Assembly: GCA_046563655.1 (NCBI GenBank)
Contig: CM102284.1
Span: forward strand, 7,440,001-7,504,000
From: Yuukianura sp. NJ FZ-2021
Taxonomy: Eukaryota
DNA length: 64,000 nucleotides
Reading direction: 5' to 3'
Shown: one piece after another, positions 14,242-26,362 of the stretch
How positions within the stretch are numbered: the stretch's first letter is position 1
How the letters are laid out: each line of letters begins with the position of its first letter
The notes under the pieces: model-generated
What the model was told of the DNA's origin: nothing
Databases searched by the model: none
What the model saw: only the letters and a program-made list of their open reading frames with translations
Position numbers and translations under genes: made by a program

Positions 14242-14757
14242 TGTTTTGGCTCTTCAAATACTTTCAGGAATAAACTTCAAACTATTTATTCGTATTAAAC
14301 TTAGTATTGACTTTATGTTTAAGATGTAATCATCTCACAATTTTCTAACTTTATGTTCTATACCTTGCTTAAGTTCTGTTGACTAAACCAAGAACAGGAA
14401 ATGAATTGACTTTATATAGAAAATTGACTCTATAAAAATGGTTTTGTTTAATACAAAATGGAATTGAGATCATGAACTTCCGGACCGAATGTGCTGACCG
14501 GGTTGAGCTAGACGGTCCAATTTCCCACGGTGCGAAAAAGTGCTCTACAAAACATACATAACGTTAAGGTGTTCATAGTGTTATAAACATACAAATTTTA
14601 CAATTCCAAAATTTTTATGAAAAATTTTCCACAAAACTTCTAATTTTCTTAGTTATATTTTAGTTATTTCTATTAGTTAGTTATTTTCTAATAATAGATA
14701 ATATTTCGTTATTCTATTTCTATTATTTATCTTATTTTTTTGTTGAAACTTCGACGA

Positions 14758-15683
14758 TTAGTAGTAAATCCTGTCCGTGGGCATTAAAACACTCCGAGTA
14801 TTAGTAGTAACCTTCTCAGTTTCCATCACGAAACTCTGAGGATTGGTGGTAACCTGGTAACTTTTATTCAGCGTCTCCCTTGCTTTGAGTTCGCCACCTT
14901 TCTTCAACTCGTCTATGAAGTCTCCCCAGGAATTGCAAGTTGATGACATTGAGTCCGACGTTGACATTGCCTCCAACTTTGACCCCCATACAAATGACCT
15001 CAAGATGCAGTAGTTACAGACGCAGACTGCAAACTGCTGGTACAGAAATCCAAGTGCAACAGAATTAAAATCACGAGCGTCGAAGGAGTACATTGATATA
15101 GCTGCCAGAGACACCATGTCAAAGCTCAAAAGCCCAAGAACTGACCAAAACCATTCCTTCAAATACGTAACGTTTTCCTGAAAATAGTCAATTTGAAAAA
15201 TTGAACAAAAACTTGAAAATAATTTAAATTGTAATAAAAATGTTGCTAACTAACCCAGTACGTGACGAAGAATAAAGAATTTAAGGTGTACATTCCCTCA
15301 TGCAATGCGAAAATTGCACCGCAAATTCCCGTAATGAAGAAACACAAGCAACTTCCAATTAACGCATTTCTGAACCTAGATTTAAAGAAATAATTATTTA
15401 TAATCTATAGCTATTAATTAATATATAACATATATATATATTTAGAAAATTGTAAATCGACTAACTTTTCAGCAAATCCGGAACAAGTAGTACAGTTCAC
15501 AGCATTCAAAGAATAAGTACTATTAGGTGCAATGAAAGTTTTGTCGTAGCCGATGTCCAGTAATTCTACTATTTCGTGAATCTTGTTAGCATAGACGACT
15601 GTTTTAAAAACAAATTTCAGTATAGCAACAAACACACAACTAAAAATTAATAGTCTCGCGAGATCTATAGATTGACGCGCCAT
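14758..15683 (-). CDS. Orphan multi-pass (~4 TM) membrane protein, 3 exons
   Basis: ORFs 15414-15683 and 14758-15162 joined by a middle exon (FRNALIGSCLCFFITGICGAIFAL...); four hydrophobic segments. Confidence 0.55.
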
Positions 15684-16871
15684 TTTCTTCTGGTTAGGAT
15701 CTAACCTAAATCTAACTTTGACAAATCCTAGTTGTTTTAAGTATGTTGGGTTTGGTTTCTGTTAAATCTTCTATAACTTGTACTCAAAAGTCGAAAAACA
15801 GTAAAAACCAACCCCAATGCCCTATTCGGAAGCAGTAAGTCTACCAAATGCATTTCTGTTTGAAAACAAACGTTCGGCTAGCAGATGCAGCTTGGTTAAA
15901 CAACAAGGGATGAAACTAAGGGGTTGTGGGCAGATCAATATTTCACTAAAAGTACGACGTAGATGTTACTTGTATTGAAATATTGATTTTTGTTTTTCAC
16001 CCTCACATCTTCGTACTACGTAAGTTGAAGGGTGAAAGCGACAATGGATCTCTCGGGGTTGTCTTTGAAAAAAAGAAGTTTTGTTCGAAATTTGTTTTTG
16101 GAACACGCAAAATGGTGTAATGTTAAAAGTTCATGTTATGTCTTCATACACCCAATGTTAAGCTTACTTAACCTTAACAACTCGTCCGCGTAACCCAGAA
16201 TGACTTGGATTGTTTCTAGGAGAGTCCTTGGCCTTGGGAAGTAGGTATACTTTAGATTAGAATTAGGTTAGGTTCTCAATTTTGCATGGGAAATTTGCAA
16301 AGAAGAAGATGAATGTGCAGGTGAAATTTATTAGAGCGGATGGAAAACTGGAAAATCACTTCGAGTTCCCTCGTAAGCATTTTCAGAAACAATTGTTTCC
16401 GTAACACAAAGCGTAAGAACTGACGCTTCCTTTTCTCAATTTTATAAGTGACCAACTTAACTTAAAACCACGCTATACATAACATAAAAACGTAATGTGA
16501 TCTTAATCAAAAGTTAGCATAACTAATCTTATAGTCACCTAACCCAAAACCTCGAGTGAACTAAAAAAAATCACAAGATTTTAGCAAATCGTGCAAAAAT
16601 AAGTGCAGAAATTTTCAAAAGATTTTGGCAAACTGTGCAAAGATTTCACAAAATCTGGAGGAATCCGCTTTCCCTTGAACTGTTTTGAATTCCCATAAAA
16701 ATTGAACACCATTAACATTTTGATTTTGCTTCATTTCACTCATTCTTAAAGTAAAACCAGAGTAACTGACGTGGTAATTAAAGTAATAATTAATTTGTGA
16801 GAAACTTAATTAATTAAGGTTAACTAATAATAATTGTAAGTTTAATATAATAATGAATTTGTTACATTATG

Positions 16872-18809
16872 TTATTCACTAACTTGAAGTTGCAACTTGA
16901 CCCATTCGGTCATTGTCCCATTGGGTCTCTGGACCCCGAAGTAAGGCCGAGCAGGTCCAGAAAATGAACTGGACGAAATTTGGTGGAAAATGGGCGTGGC
17001 CAGCGATGCTGCTTCGTCCAGCGTCTCCTCCAATCGCCCACTGCCACGTCTGATGTCCTTTCTGAAATCATTTGCAGTTGGGTACACCAAATCGGGATTG
17101 TTCGCAAAATTCGGTTGTTCGGTAGTTGATCTCCGAGTAACTTGTTCGGAAACGAATTCTTCAAGGTCATCCTCTCCCGGGGACGTTTTATGTTTTTCAA
17201 GCGTTTCTTTGTGCTTGACCTTGAGATGATCTGGAAGCTCAAAGTGAGTCAAATCTCCGTTAGCCAAATGAGTCAAGTCTTTGTACAGCCCTTTGACCTC
17301 GTTCCAGAAGTCATTGTTTGCTTCAGCTGCCGAAAGCACTTCGTTTTCTTTTCCGGCTGAAGTGGCTGCTGGCATCAGCGATGGAATGACAAATGCTGCT
17401 AGTGCCGATGCTGCCACGATTCCACCAAGTAGGAACAAAGTGGAAGATGACCAGCCGCTGTCTACTTTGTCGCTGGCGGGTGTTAAGTGTTGATAAGCAC
17501 CGTGGTGATGATGGGGCCTTGAAGGATACATGCCAGGGCGATGACCTTGGTTTTTGTGAAGGTGACCTTGACCTTTGTACCTCTTAGGTGGAAAGTAGTT
17601 TGGTAGAATATATTGGTAGTTCATTTTAGTTTCACTGGGAATTGCAATTGCGTGTCCTGTGATAATAGGTGACCCGTGGACGGGAATTCCCATACCTAAA
17701 GACTGACCTTGACCTTGAGCGTTACCATTCTGCGCAGGAATATTTGGATCCCACCGTCCAACTAGAGTTGGATCATATTGCGACATTCGATTTTGCTTTG
17801 TGTTTTGGTAAAAATGTGGTCTTCTAGAATTCTGGGGAGATTGACCTCCAGTATGAAAATTGTACTCTTCGTGACCTTGACCTTGATCTTGCAAAGCAGT
17901 TGGGGGAGGGGGGAAGTGGTCGCGATTTGGAGTAAACATTTGAGAGGGCCCTTGGTTGTCCACTGGACTCGGTCTAAAATGAGACGAAGGTGACGAGGGT
18001 GCCGTTTCAAGCTGACTTGTCATTGCTCCAGTTGCAGTTTCCTCTGACATGCGCAGTGGATCTCCAATGTGTAGCTGGTCATAAGATGTTGTTTCTTCCG
18101 TGACCTTGACTTCTTGGGGTGGTGGTTCCCAGTGACCCGATTTTGTGGCTGGTTCAGCAGGGTCACTGGACAGTGGAATGAGTGCTGGTGGGCCATCACC
18201 AGCTTCGTCCATCATCAGATCCTCATTTCTATCGATTGTCGTGAAATTTTGGTTTCTCCAACCGTACAATTTGTGATTCCGAATGTTCGGATCGATTCGG
18301 TCAAACTGTAACGTTCCGTCCGGATTTTCGTAAATTTCGGTAGCACTGGAAACTGTTGGAACCGGGAGATTCAATGGAGTTGTTCCTCTCCGGCCACTGC
18401 CCGGTCGTCGTCGTTTGAATTTACTTGAGAACTTGGTTTTAGAAGGCTCCAGGGGTACTTCGGAAGGGTACCTTCCAGAACTTTCACTGAGGCTACTTAG
18501 GCTACGCCTCAGAATTTCAAGTAGCCTTGGATCCAGGCGACCTCCGTGTGATGTCGGTACGAGTCGACTCAGAAGGGACTGGATTTGGATCGGATCGGCG
18601 TTTCGGAGGGATTCGGCCGAAGTCGTGAGCCCTTTGGACTCTAAAAACTTTTGAAGCATTTCTGGCGACACGAGCGTTTTTAGTTTTTCGAGGGGCAATG
18701 TAGGTCCTTTGGAAATTAGAGTAGCCAGGTCAAAGGTCAAACACATTTGGACAATTAACAAAAGTATGAAAGAGTTTACACTTGGTGAAAAGAGAATTTT
18801 CAGATTCAT
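16872..18809 (-). CDS. Orphan 645-aa single-exon protein: signal peptide, low-complexity Pro/Gln/His region, one TM
   Basis: Uninterrupted 645-codon ORF; hydrophobic N-terminus; TM TLFLLGGIVAASALAAFVIPSLM. Confidence 0.75.
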   Translation of the reverse strand: MNLKILFSPSVNSFILLLIVQMCLTFDLATLISKGPTLPLEKLKTLVSPEMLQKFLESKGLTTSAESLRNADPIQIQSLLSRLVPTSHGGRLDPRLLEILRRSLSSLSESSGRYPSEVPLEPSKTKFSSKFKRRRPGSGRRGTTPLNLPVPTVSSATEIYENPDGTLQFDRIDPNIRNHKLYGWRNQNFTTIDRNEDLMMDEAGDGPPALIPLSSDPAEPATKSGHWEPPPQEVKVTEETTSYDQLHIGDPLRMSEETATGAMTSQLETAPSSPSSHFRPSPVDNQGPSQMFTPNRDHFPPPPTALQDQGQGHEEYNFHTGGQSPQNSRRPHFYQNTKQNRMSQYDPTLVGRWDPNIPAQNGNAQGQGQSLGMGIPVHGSPIITGHAIAIPSETKMNYQYILPNYFPPKRYKGQGHLHKNQGHRPGMYPSRPHHHHGAYQHLTPASDKVDSGWSSSTLFLLGGIVAASALAAFVIPSLMPAATSAGKENEVLSAAEANNDFWNEVKGLYKDLTHLANGDLTHFELPDHLKVKHKETLEKHKTSPGEDDLEEFVSEQVTRRSTTEQPNFANNPDLVYPTANDFRKDIRRGSGRLEETLDEAASLATPIFHQISSSSFSGPARPYFGVQRPNGTMTEWVKLQLQVSE

Positions 18810-20772
18810 TTTAATTTTTACACTTCAGACACAAAAAAAATCTCTCGAAGAATTCGCACTTTTTTTCACACCCACAATAATTTGCACAACTTTCACTTTG
18901 AAAAAAAAAACGTTCAATGTCATCTGTAAGCTTAAGTACTAGTTCATTTTCAAACTTTTGAAATTTTCACAACAACAACATTTCGAAAACTTCGAAAAGT
19001 TTAAAAAAAAAGAAAACTCCTTCAGTCGTAGTACAAAGCTAACTAAAGAGAATGTTACAACCGTTTTTCTCAAAGTTTAAAATTTCCGTGGAAAGGTTTC
19101 AAGTTTGAGTTAAAAATTCGCTTGTGATGGAACTCAATTTGCAAAAATTGTAGCCTTTCGAATTTGCAACTTTGAAATTTTGCGAATGATCCTCTGCTTC
19201 TGGTTCCCAAGCTCAGGAAAATCTTTGAGTGATTAAATTTTCGCACACGCAAAACCGTCTCGGGGTGTCTCTTCGTCTTCTATTTTTGTTTCGATTGAGA
19301 GCTCATGCGAACCCAGAAGTCCCCAGTCACCGCTCCCCTTGCGAAAATCCTGCACTGCAATTCGCAATTCTAAAAATTTGCAATAAGAGACTTCTGGCTA
19401 CACATCCGTCATCCATCTTCCGAAACCTCAAAAACGTAACAAAATTACCGTAATTCTTTAATCCACTAGTAAACAGGACAGAGACCTTTATTACCTGTGG
19501 ACACTACTCCAAAAATAACAATTTCAACTTCTCAATCATCTTTTCAAACAGGAAACAGGACACTTGTGCTCGGAAATTTCTGAACTACTTCACCATAACA
19601 TAACATTACTTCCCGGATCTAACCAAACCGAAACTTAATTTGTCCAAATTTGCCGTCAAGATTGCTCCGCTTCATAAATTTTAAGCTTCTCCGTCCATAA
19701 AAATCCGTCCATGAGTGTTCTGTTCCTTTCCTTCCGTATAGTTACTCCCTCCACTACTATTTATAAAGCATTTCGTTCTTGCACTACTATAAAAGAAATT
19801 CATGACTCGAAGATTAGTTGTTTATTGGAGGTAATGCGTGTGGATTAGTACATATGTCAAGTCCATTTCCACTGTGATGTGAACACCGCGCAACGGGAAT
19901 CGCATCTTCATTTGATCTTCTGCGCAGGATCATCTTTGACACAACCCATAATTCATGCACAGTTGCCCAATTTGCACAAACATTTTGCAAAAAGTGGGCT
20001 TGACGTGTGTGTGGACTTAATGTTAGAAGGGGTACGTGACATGGCTGCAGGGGCAGGAGATTACTTGACCTAAAGATGAATTCTAAAAATAGACAATTAG
20101 CATCATTCCTCATCTCTTGAAACAAAAATTGCAATGTAATACTTTTATAATTGTCTAAATTGTAACCTAATTCGTTACGTTTCCAAATTCGGAACGTGAA
20201 TCTGAACTTTGCTTTGAAGTTTTTATGAGTTCGTTCCCTCTTGAGTTCTTTTTTTGTGTAGCAATTGATTCTGTTTGAAATGGAAAATTTAATTATTCAA
20301 AAGCGGAACTAATTTAAATTGACGAAAATTATTGGGCAGAACGGTCGTAAAATAAAATTTGCAGAATTACTTTTCTGATTTCACACGCATGGACTGTGAC
20401 CAAACGAAGGATAAAGCAGAGCTCAAATTGAAACAAAAACCAATTTCAATTGCAATTGTATAATTTTTAGTGATTTAAATAAAAAGTTTTTTCGAATTTG
20501 ATGTTTTTGTATGTTTGACATGCTACTTGAAACGCAATTTGTGAATATAAATTGAAAATATTGAACTCGAGAATTCTGAAATTGAAAACTTTGAAGCTGA
20601 TTTAAACCCCACAAGAAAAAAAAATTGAATTTTGTGTAGCAAACATCAGAAAAAGTGGCAATATTCTTCTGGATGGCGTCTAACCCAAACAAAGTTTCGA
20701 AATTTTGAGCGCAACTTGCATAATTTTCAAAATTTTGGTGCATCAGCACTTTGAATTTTGTTTGAACAGAAA

Positions 20773-22883
20773 ATGTTGAACTTTGTTGTACTTCGTTTTG
20801 TTGTTGTGTTAAGTTTGAATTTGAGTGGAATACAGAAGTGTAGCGGCCAACTTCGAGAGGTTGGCGATTTTGACAAATTTTTGGGAAATTTTTGGCATTC
20901 GAATACAAATTTTTCTTGCGTTTACGTTTTTATTGGAGATTTGAGAAATTCCCATTTAGAAAATTTCCAAAATTTGAAATTCGAAAAACTTGATTCAACA
21001 CGTATGGCTTTCTCACCTGGATTCAACAGTTCGCTGGACGCTTTCCCAACCACATTTCGTTTCAGCGCCTCTTGTCACTTGGTCATCAGTGGTTCTTTTG
21101 ACATCATCAACACCATGACCTTTGACCTTATTTCAAACACCACACTCTGGAACAAACTCAGTGACTACAAAACTATGTTTTCAACCTACTTTCTATTTCT
21201 TCAAAAAAACCGAAATTTTGAAAATTTGGAACATTTTTTCCAAAACTTTCTCTTCTCTCATCCATTCAAAGCCGTCGTCCACTGGCACCCTGACATTCGA
21301 AAATTTGCAGTTACAAATTTACAACCGCAAATTCGCGAGCAAGATGGAAACTCAAACTCAACAACCGATATTCAAACAGTATCGACTAGAATTTTTGATT
21401 TTCAAAATTTTGAAAACTTCAAAATGCACAAAATATTTCCAGATTTCACTTCCAGTGTACTTGGTCGGTCCTTGTCGGTCTATTCCTTCTCGTCAGATTC
21501 AAATTGCGAAAATTTGCGAATTCAACTGAAAAATTTTGCACATTCCCAATTTGTTTATTCTTACCTGTACACAGTAGATGCTTTAAAAAGCAAATTCAAC
21601 TTCAGTTGTCAAATTAAAAAAGGGAACCTCACTCAATGGAAGATGTTCGACATTTTCCAGCGCATTCCGACTATTCACCACTTCTACTTACTAGTGGAAC
21701 CCAGTCCTGCTTTAGGTAAACCCAAAATTCAAATTTTTGCAAATTCAAAAATTCAAAATTCAAAAAATTGACATTTTTTTTCAATTTCATTTTGTAGCCT
21801 ATGAACGTCTGAGTTTCTGCTACATCAAAAGCAACCTCAAAACTTTCTCTTGGAAAAGCATTTTATACCCGTTCGAGGCCACTGTCTGGACGCTTCTTGT
21901 CACTTCCTGGACATTAGTGGCTATTCTCTTCTGGGTTACAGTGGGTACCCCGTTGACCTTCTGGATCTGGGTCACCTATAATTCACTTCTGCCGCAACCT
22001 TTGACCTCAAAGGTCATGAAGGTCATGACCTCTAATGCAAATTCAAAGTTCAGAGTCATTCTGACGTTTGGCCTTGGCGCTTGGATTCTGTTTACTTCTC
22101 TAATGACTGCAGCGTACTGCTCAAAACTCAGCAGTTTGTTGACAATGCCCAGAGAAAGTGGGGTGGCTGCACAGACGTTTCAGGATTTGGTGGATCTGAA
22201 GTGGGAGGTGGGTACGCCCCACCCTGGAGTTGTTGGTGGGGCGGCAGGAGGTGGGACTTCCGCTTCCTTGAACGTTTTAAAACGCAGCTTGAGCCACCAA
22301 TTTGCAAGTGCTCAGGAATGTATGCGTTATGCAGCGGAGCATTCCAATTTTGCTTGTGTCGGTCTCGTAGAGACGATGGCGCAGGAAGTTCTACGCAATT
22401 CGACCAAAAGGGAGAGCCGCATAAAAACGTCGGGAGACAAAACTTTTGGAGAATTTGGTAAATCAGTAATTGATTTTTAATTGAGTAAGTTATGTTTGTT
22501 ATGTTAATTAGTCATAGTTTCACCAGATTTTCGGTTTTTTAGGACTCGGACTTGGCTGGAAATGGTGGTTTCCTTACAGGAAGCGATTCGCAGAAGCGAT
22601 CAATCATTTGAAATCTGGCGGGCTTCCGGAATTGTGGTATCAGCGATCAATGAGCAACAATCACAAGAAGCGCTTCGGTGGTAAGAAAAATGGCGGGAAA
22701 AAGAACAAGGCAAAAACGAAGAGTGGAAAGGTCATGACCTTAAGTCACCTCAAAGGAGCTTTCTACTTGTACTGCTTCGGCGTAACTCTATCGATACTTC
22801 TACATGTAACTGAATTCGTAACGTTGAAATTTCGAAAATTTTGGCAAAGAATTTCCAAAAGGAAAACGAAATTTTTGCCATGA
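20773..22883 (+). CDS. Divergent ionotropic receptor (IR, variant iGluR chemoreceptor), at least 3 exons
   Basis: M1 SILYPFEATVW, M2 GAWILFTSLMTAAYCSKLSSLLTMP, S2 QTFQDL and FPYRKRFAEAINHLKSGGLPELW, M3 TLSHLKGAFYLYCFG; signal-peptide-like N-terminus. Confidence 0.85.
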
Positions 22884-23097
22884 GCGTGGTTTCTTTGAGA
22901 CTAAAAAAGTTGTGTGACTATATTCATCGCTTATCCAACTAACGATGACTCTTAAGTTTAAAAATATGTGAAGAACATTTGCTAAACTAATAGAAGTGCG
23001 AGATACTTTGATAAAAATATGTTAAGTTAAGTTAGTTTGAAATGTGCATAATTTTAACTTTTTGTTTTGTTTAAAAAACTAAGATGTGACTAAAATT

Positions 23098-26000
23098 TTA
23101 GAGCGGAGAGATGTCCGTAGGTTTCCTCTGGGATAAATTCATTAAATTTGACTTTCTAGTAAATTCTGGTGTTTCTTCGTCCAGTGGAACGTCTGCAAAA
23201 TTTACTTCACAAGGTCCAACGTAATAGTCTCCGTCGACATGAGGAATTTCACTTTCTTTTCGCTTGTGACGATCCCCTGGAAGGCTATGGACATTCGAAG
23301 CTTTTCTGAGATGCTTTCTCTTTTCAATATAAGTCAAATTGATTATGAAGTACAAGATGCATCCACCGAGTGCCATGCCTGAAAAGATTTTAAACGTATT
23401 TCTAGATCCAACCCATCGCATCAAGTATCCGCCTATCAGACTTCCAGCACCACGACCTACAATGAGAAAAATTCATCAAAATTCTGAAAATATTTTTCCA
23501 AATTTTTCCAAAAAATTTCAATTTTTTGAAAATTTATACCAAATCCAAAGTAAAGTCCACCCCAAATGCCTTGAATAGACGCAATAGTCTCAGGGTTAGA
23601 AAGAGCTGCTGCGTAGGTTGCAGCAGAAGTGATTGCCAGCGATGCTGTTATGCTCTCCATCGCTTCAAAAGGAAGACACAGCCAGGGATCCACAATGAAG
23701 GAGTAACCTGTAAAAATTTTTCAAAATTTTTTAATTCAAAATTCGAAATTTTGAATAATTTTTTTTAAACATTAAATAGTTTACTATATAAGGTTATTAG
23801 CAGTTAAATCAACTTGGTTTTTAGTATCGGTGGCACGCGGATGAAACTGCATATTAAAAGATTTTGAGCAAATGATTGTTTACCGATTAGTCGAACGGAG
23901 TAAAAGAACAATCCGACGCACATAATGTTGACATGTCCACATTTCTTGATGATTGACCTGCTAAAAATTAGAATTGGAATGCCAAAGACTCCGCCAATCG
24001 AAACTGTTAAGCCCATCAGCACATTGCTAGCTCCAAGATCTTCTAGATACCAAAACAGGAAGCTCTCCATGTAGCCCCAGGCGGTTCCTAAAATTTAAAC
24101 GCAAAAAATCGCTGAAAATTGAAAAAGTTTTGAGAAATTTGAAAAGTTAACAAAGTTGGAACAAAATTTAAAATTTACCGGTGAGCAGCATGGCGGCAAA
24201 GAAAATGAGCAGCTCCACTTGCGTCAGTACTTCTTTGATGCGTCCGACGATCTTTTCTGTGGGTTGCTTGAAGCGCAGATCAATCGTAAGCGTTATGCAA
24301 GCGCTGACTACTTGAAGAGTAGCGTAAAGGTAGAAGGCTGGATAGAAGTCACCAAAAATCTGAATCAGCGTTCCCGACAGCGGTGCGAAGAAAATCGCTG
24401 CAAGTGTAGCAGAAACTCGTTGAAGACCGTAGTCACCACCATGTTGCTAAGAAACACACGAATAAAATCAATTAACGAAAGTTAATTAAGAGATTAACTA
24501 ATTAACAACTAATTAACACGATTCTAGCCAACAGAAGAAGTCAATGTCTTGTGACCTTTGACCTCCGTACCTTTATAATAGCCAGTACAGCACCCTCGAA
24601 CATAATGAAACTCGTGGCACTGGAAATGTTTAGAAACACAAAGAATTCCAATTTAAAACATTTTCTTTTCAAAAAAAACTTCAAAATTTTGAAATTCTAA
24701 AATTTTGAAATTCGAAATTTTCAAATTTCAAAAAATGGCAGCGGCATGTTCAAATGTACCTAATGACTCCAAGGAAAATCCTGATTGCCGTGTACATTCC
24801 AAAAGTTAGGGCGACGTCGTACACCTATACGACAAAAAATCCAAAATTATGAAACTTTAGAAAATTCAAAATTTTGAAAATTTTGCAAAATTTTTCAAAA
24901 ATACCCTTTGTTCTTGCTTGTTTGAGCAAATCAGAGTTCGATTAATTTGGGCCAAGCACTCCGTTCGGCAGTTCTTCATAGTCGGTTTTTGGTCAAACGG
25001 GCGACACGTCGCTTTTTCATTCCCCGAAAACTTTGTGTCGCCAATTTCAAATCCTTTGAGTCCAATTCCAAATTTTGGATTTGTAACATTTCCAGGCGGG
25101 ACATCCAGAAGTTGTAAAGTGTCAATGGCCAAGTGGGTTCCTGCTTTACTCGGGTCAGGGGTCACGCCAATTGCACAGTTTCCGTTAGAAGTGCATCTCA
25201 AATTGACTGTTTTGTTGGCAGAAGGTGTGAAAACTAAAGATTCGTTTGAAAGACGGTACGATTGGGTCATATTAGCATCCGGTCCGTACGGAAGTAACTT
25301 GAGAGCAAGTTCCGGATCTTCGCAGACTGTTCCACATTGAAGAGTAGTTGACTGGAGTGAGGTCAAATCCAAAAGTCCATTTTCGGGGTCAACTTGGCAT
25401 GTACTGGAGTCAATCGTGTTGAGGACAAATGGAAAAGCAATGGCAGATGAAGGGACGTGGTTGCAGGAAAATGTCAAGGTCAGTGACCCTGGTAAGGTCA
25501 CGATTTCACGAGCAGTTGGAACGAGAAGTAGAGCAAGAGCGAGTGGAGCGTTGACGAGTGTCATACAGGACAGAAAAACCTGTACAAAGGAATAAGTTTT
25601 TCATAAAAATTTAATTTTGTGACTCATTTTGTGATTATGACGCATAAAAACAAATTTTGAATTTCAAATTTTTGAATTTTGGATTCTGTACCTTGAAGTT
25701 TCCAATTTTGTCGGCAATTATTCCCGAAAATGCTGGCGCAAGAATGACGAAAATGGGAATAATTCCACCTGTTGAAAAACAGAATTTCCAAATTTTCAAA
25801 CTTTTCAGAAATCAGAGCTGCCAAAAATATTTTTTATGAATTTTGTTTTCTTACTGTTGATTCCAGCTTCAGTTGAAGTTAAACCTAATTCTTTTAACTG
25901 GAGCGGCAAATACGGATATAAAACGTAGAGGGCTGTAAACAAAATGCAAATTTTTAGAAAATGGTGTTTTTTATTTCGGAATTTTTTTCAAAAACGGTAC

Positions 26001-26362
26001 TTACTCGCATATTTGAAGAAGAACAGGATTTTTAACGGCAGTAAGTTTTTGTTCATAAAATCGGCTTTCACAGCAGCAAAGTACTTGAGCTTAGCCGGTT
26101 GACCTTTGACCCCATTTTCTTGATCTAAATTCAACTCATTCGTTGGTTGAACTTCTTCGGATAAAGTCAAAAGTGCCGGTTTTCCATTGGATTCGGCCTT
26201 TTCAACTCCGGTTCGAAACATTTTGAAGTTATTTTTCAAGTGAGAATCTCCGTCTCCATTTGTTTTAACTTCTGAGTCTGCGTCGTGACCTTCCTTAGCT
26301 TCATCTTGACCTTCGGGGTCACTCGGGGTGGTTTCAATCTTCCTATCCGAGTCTGGACTCAT
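23098..26362 (-). CDS. MFSD6-like major facilitator superfamily transporter, multi-exon
   Basis: LLPLKILFFF, YVLYPYLPLQLKELGLT, a large Cys-containing loop, MESFLFWYLEDLGAS, LPFEAMESIT, SIQGIWGGLYFGFG. Confidence 0.85.
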
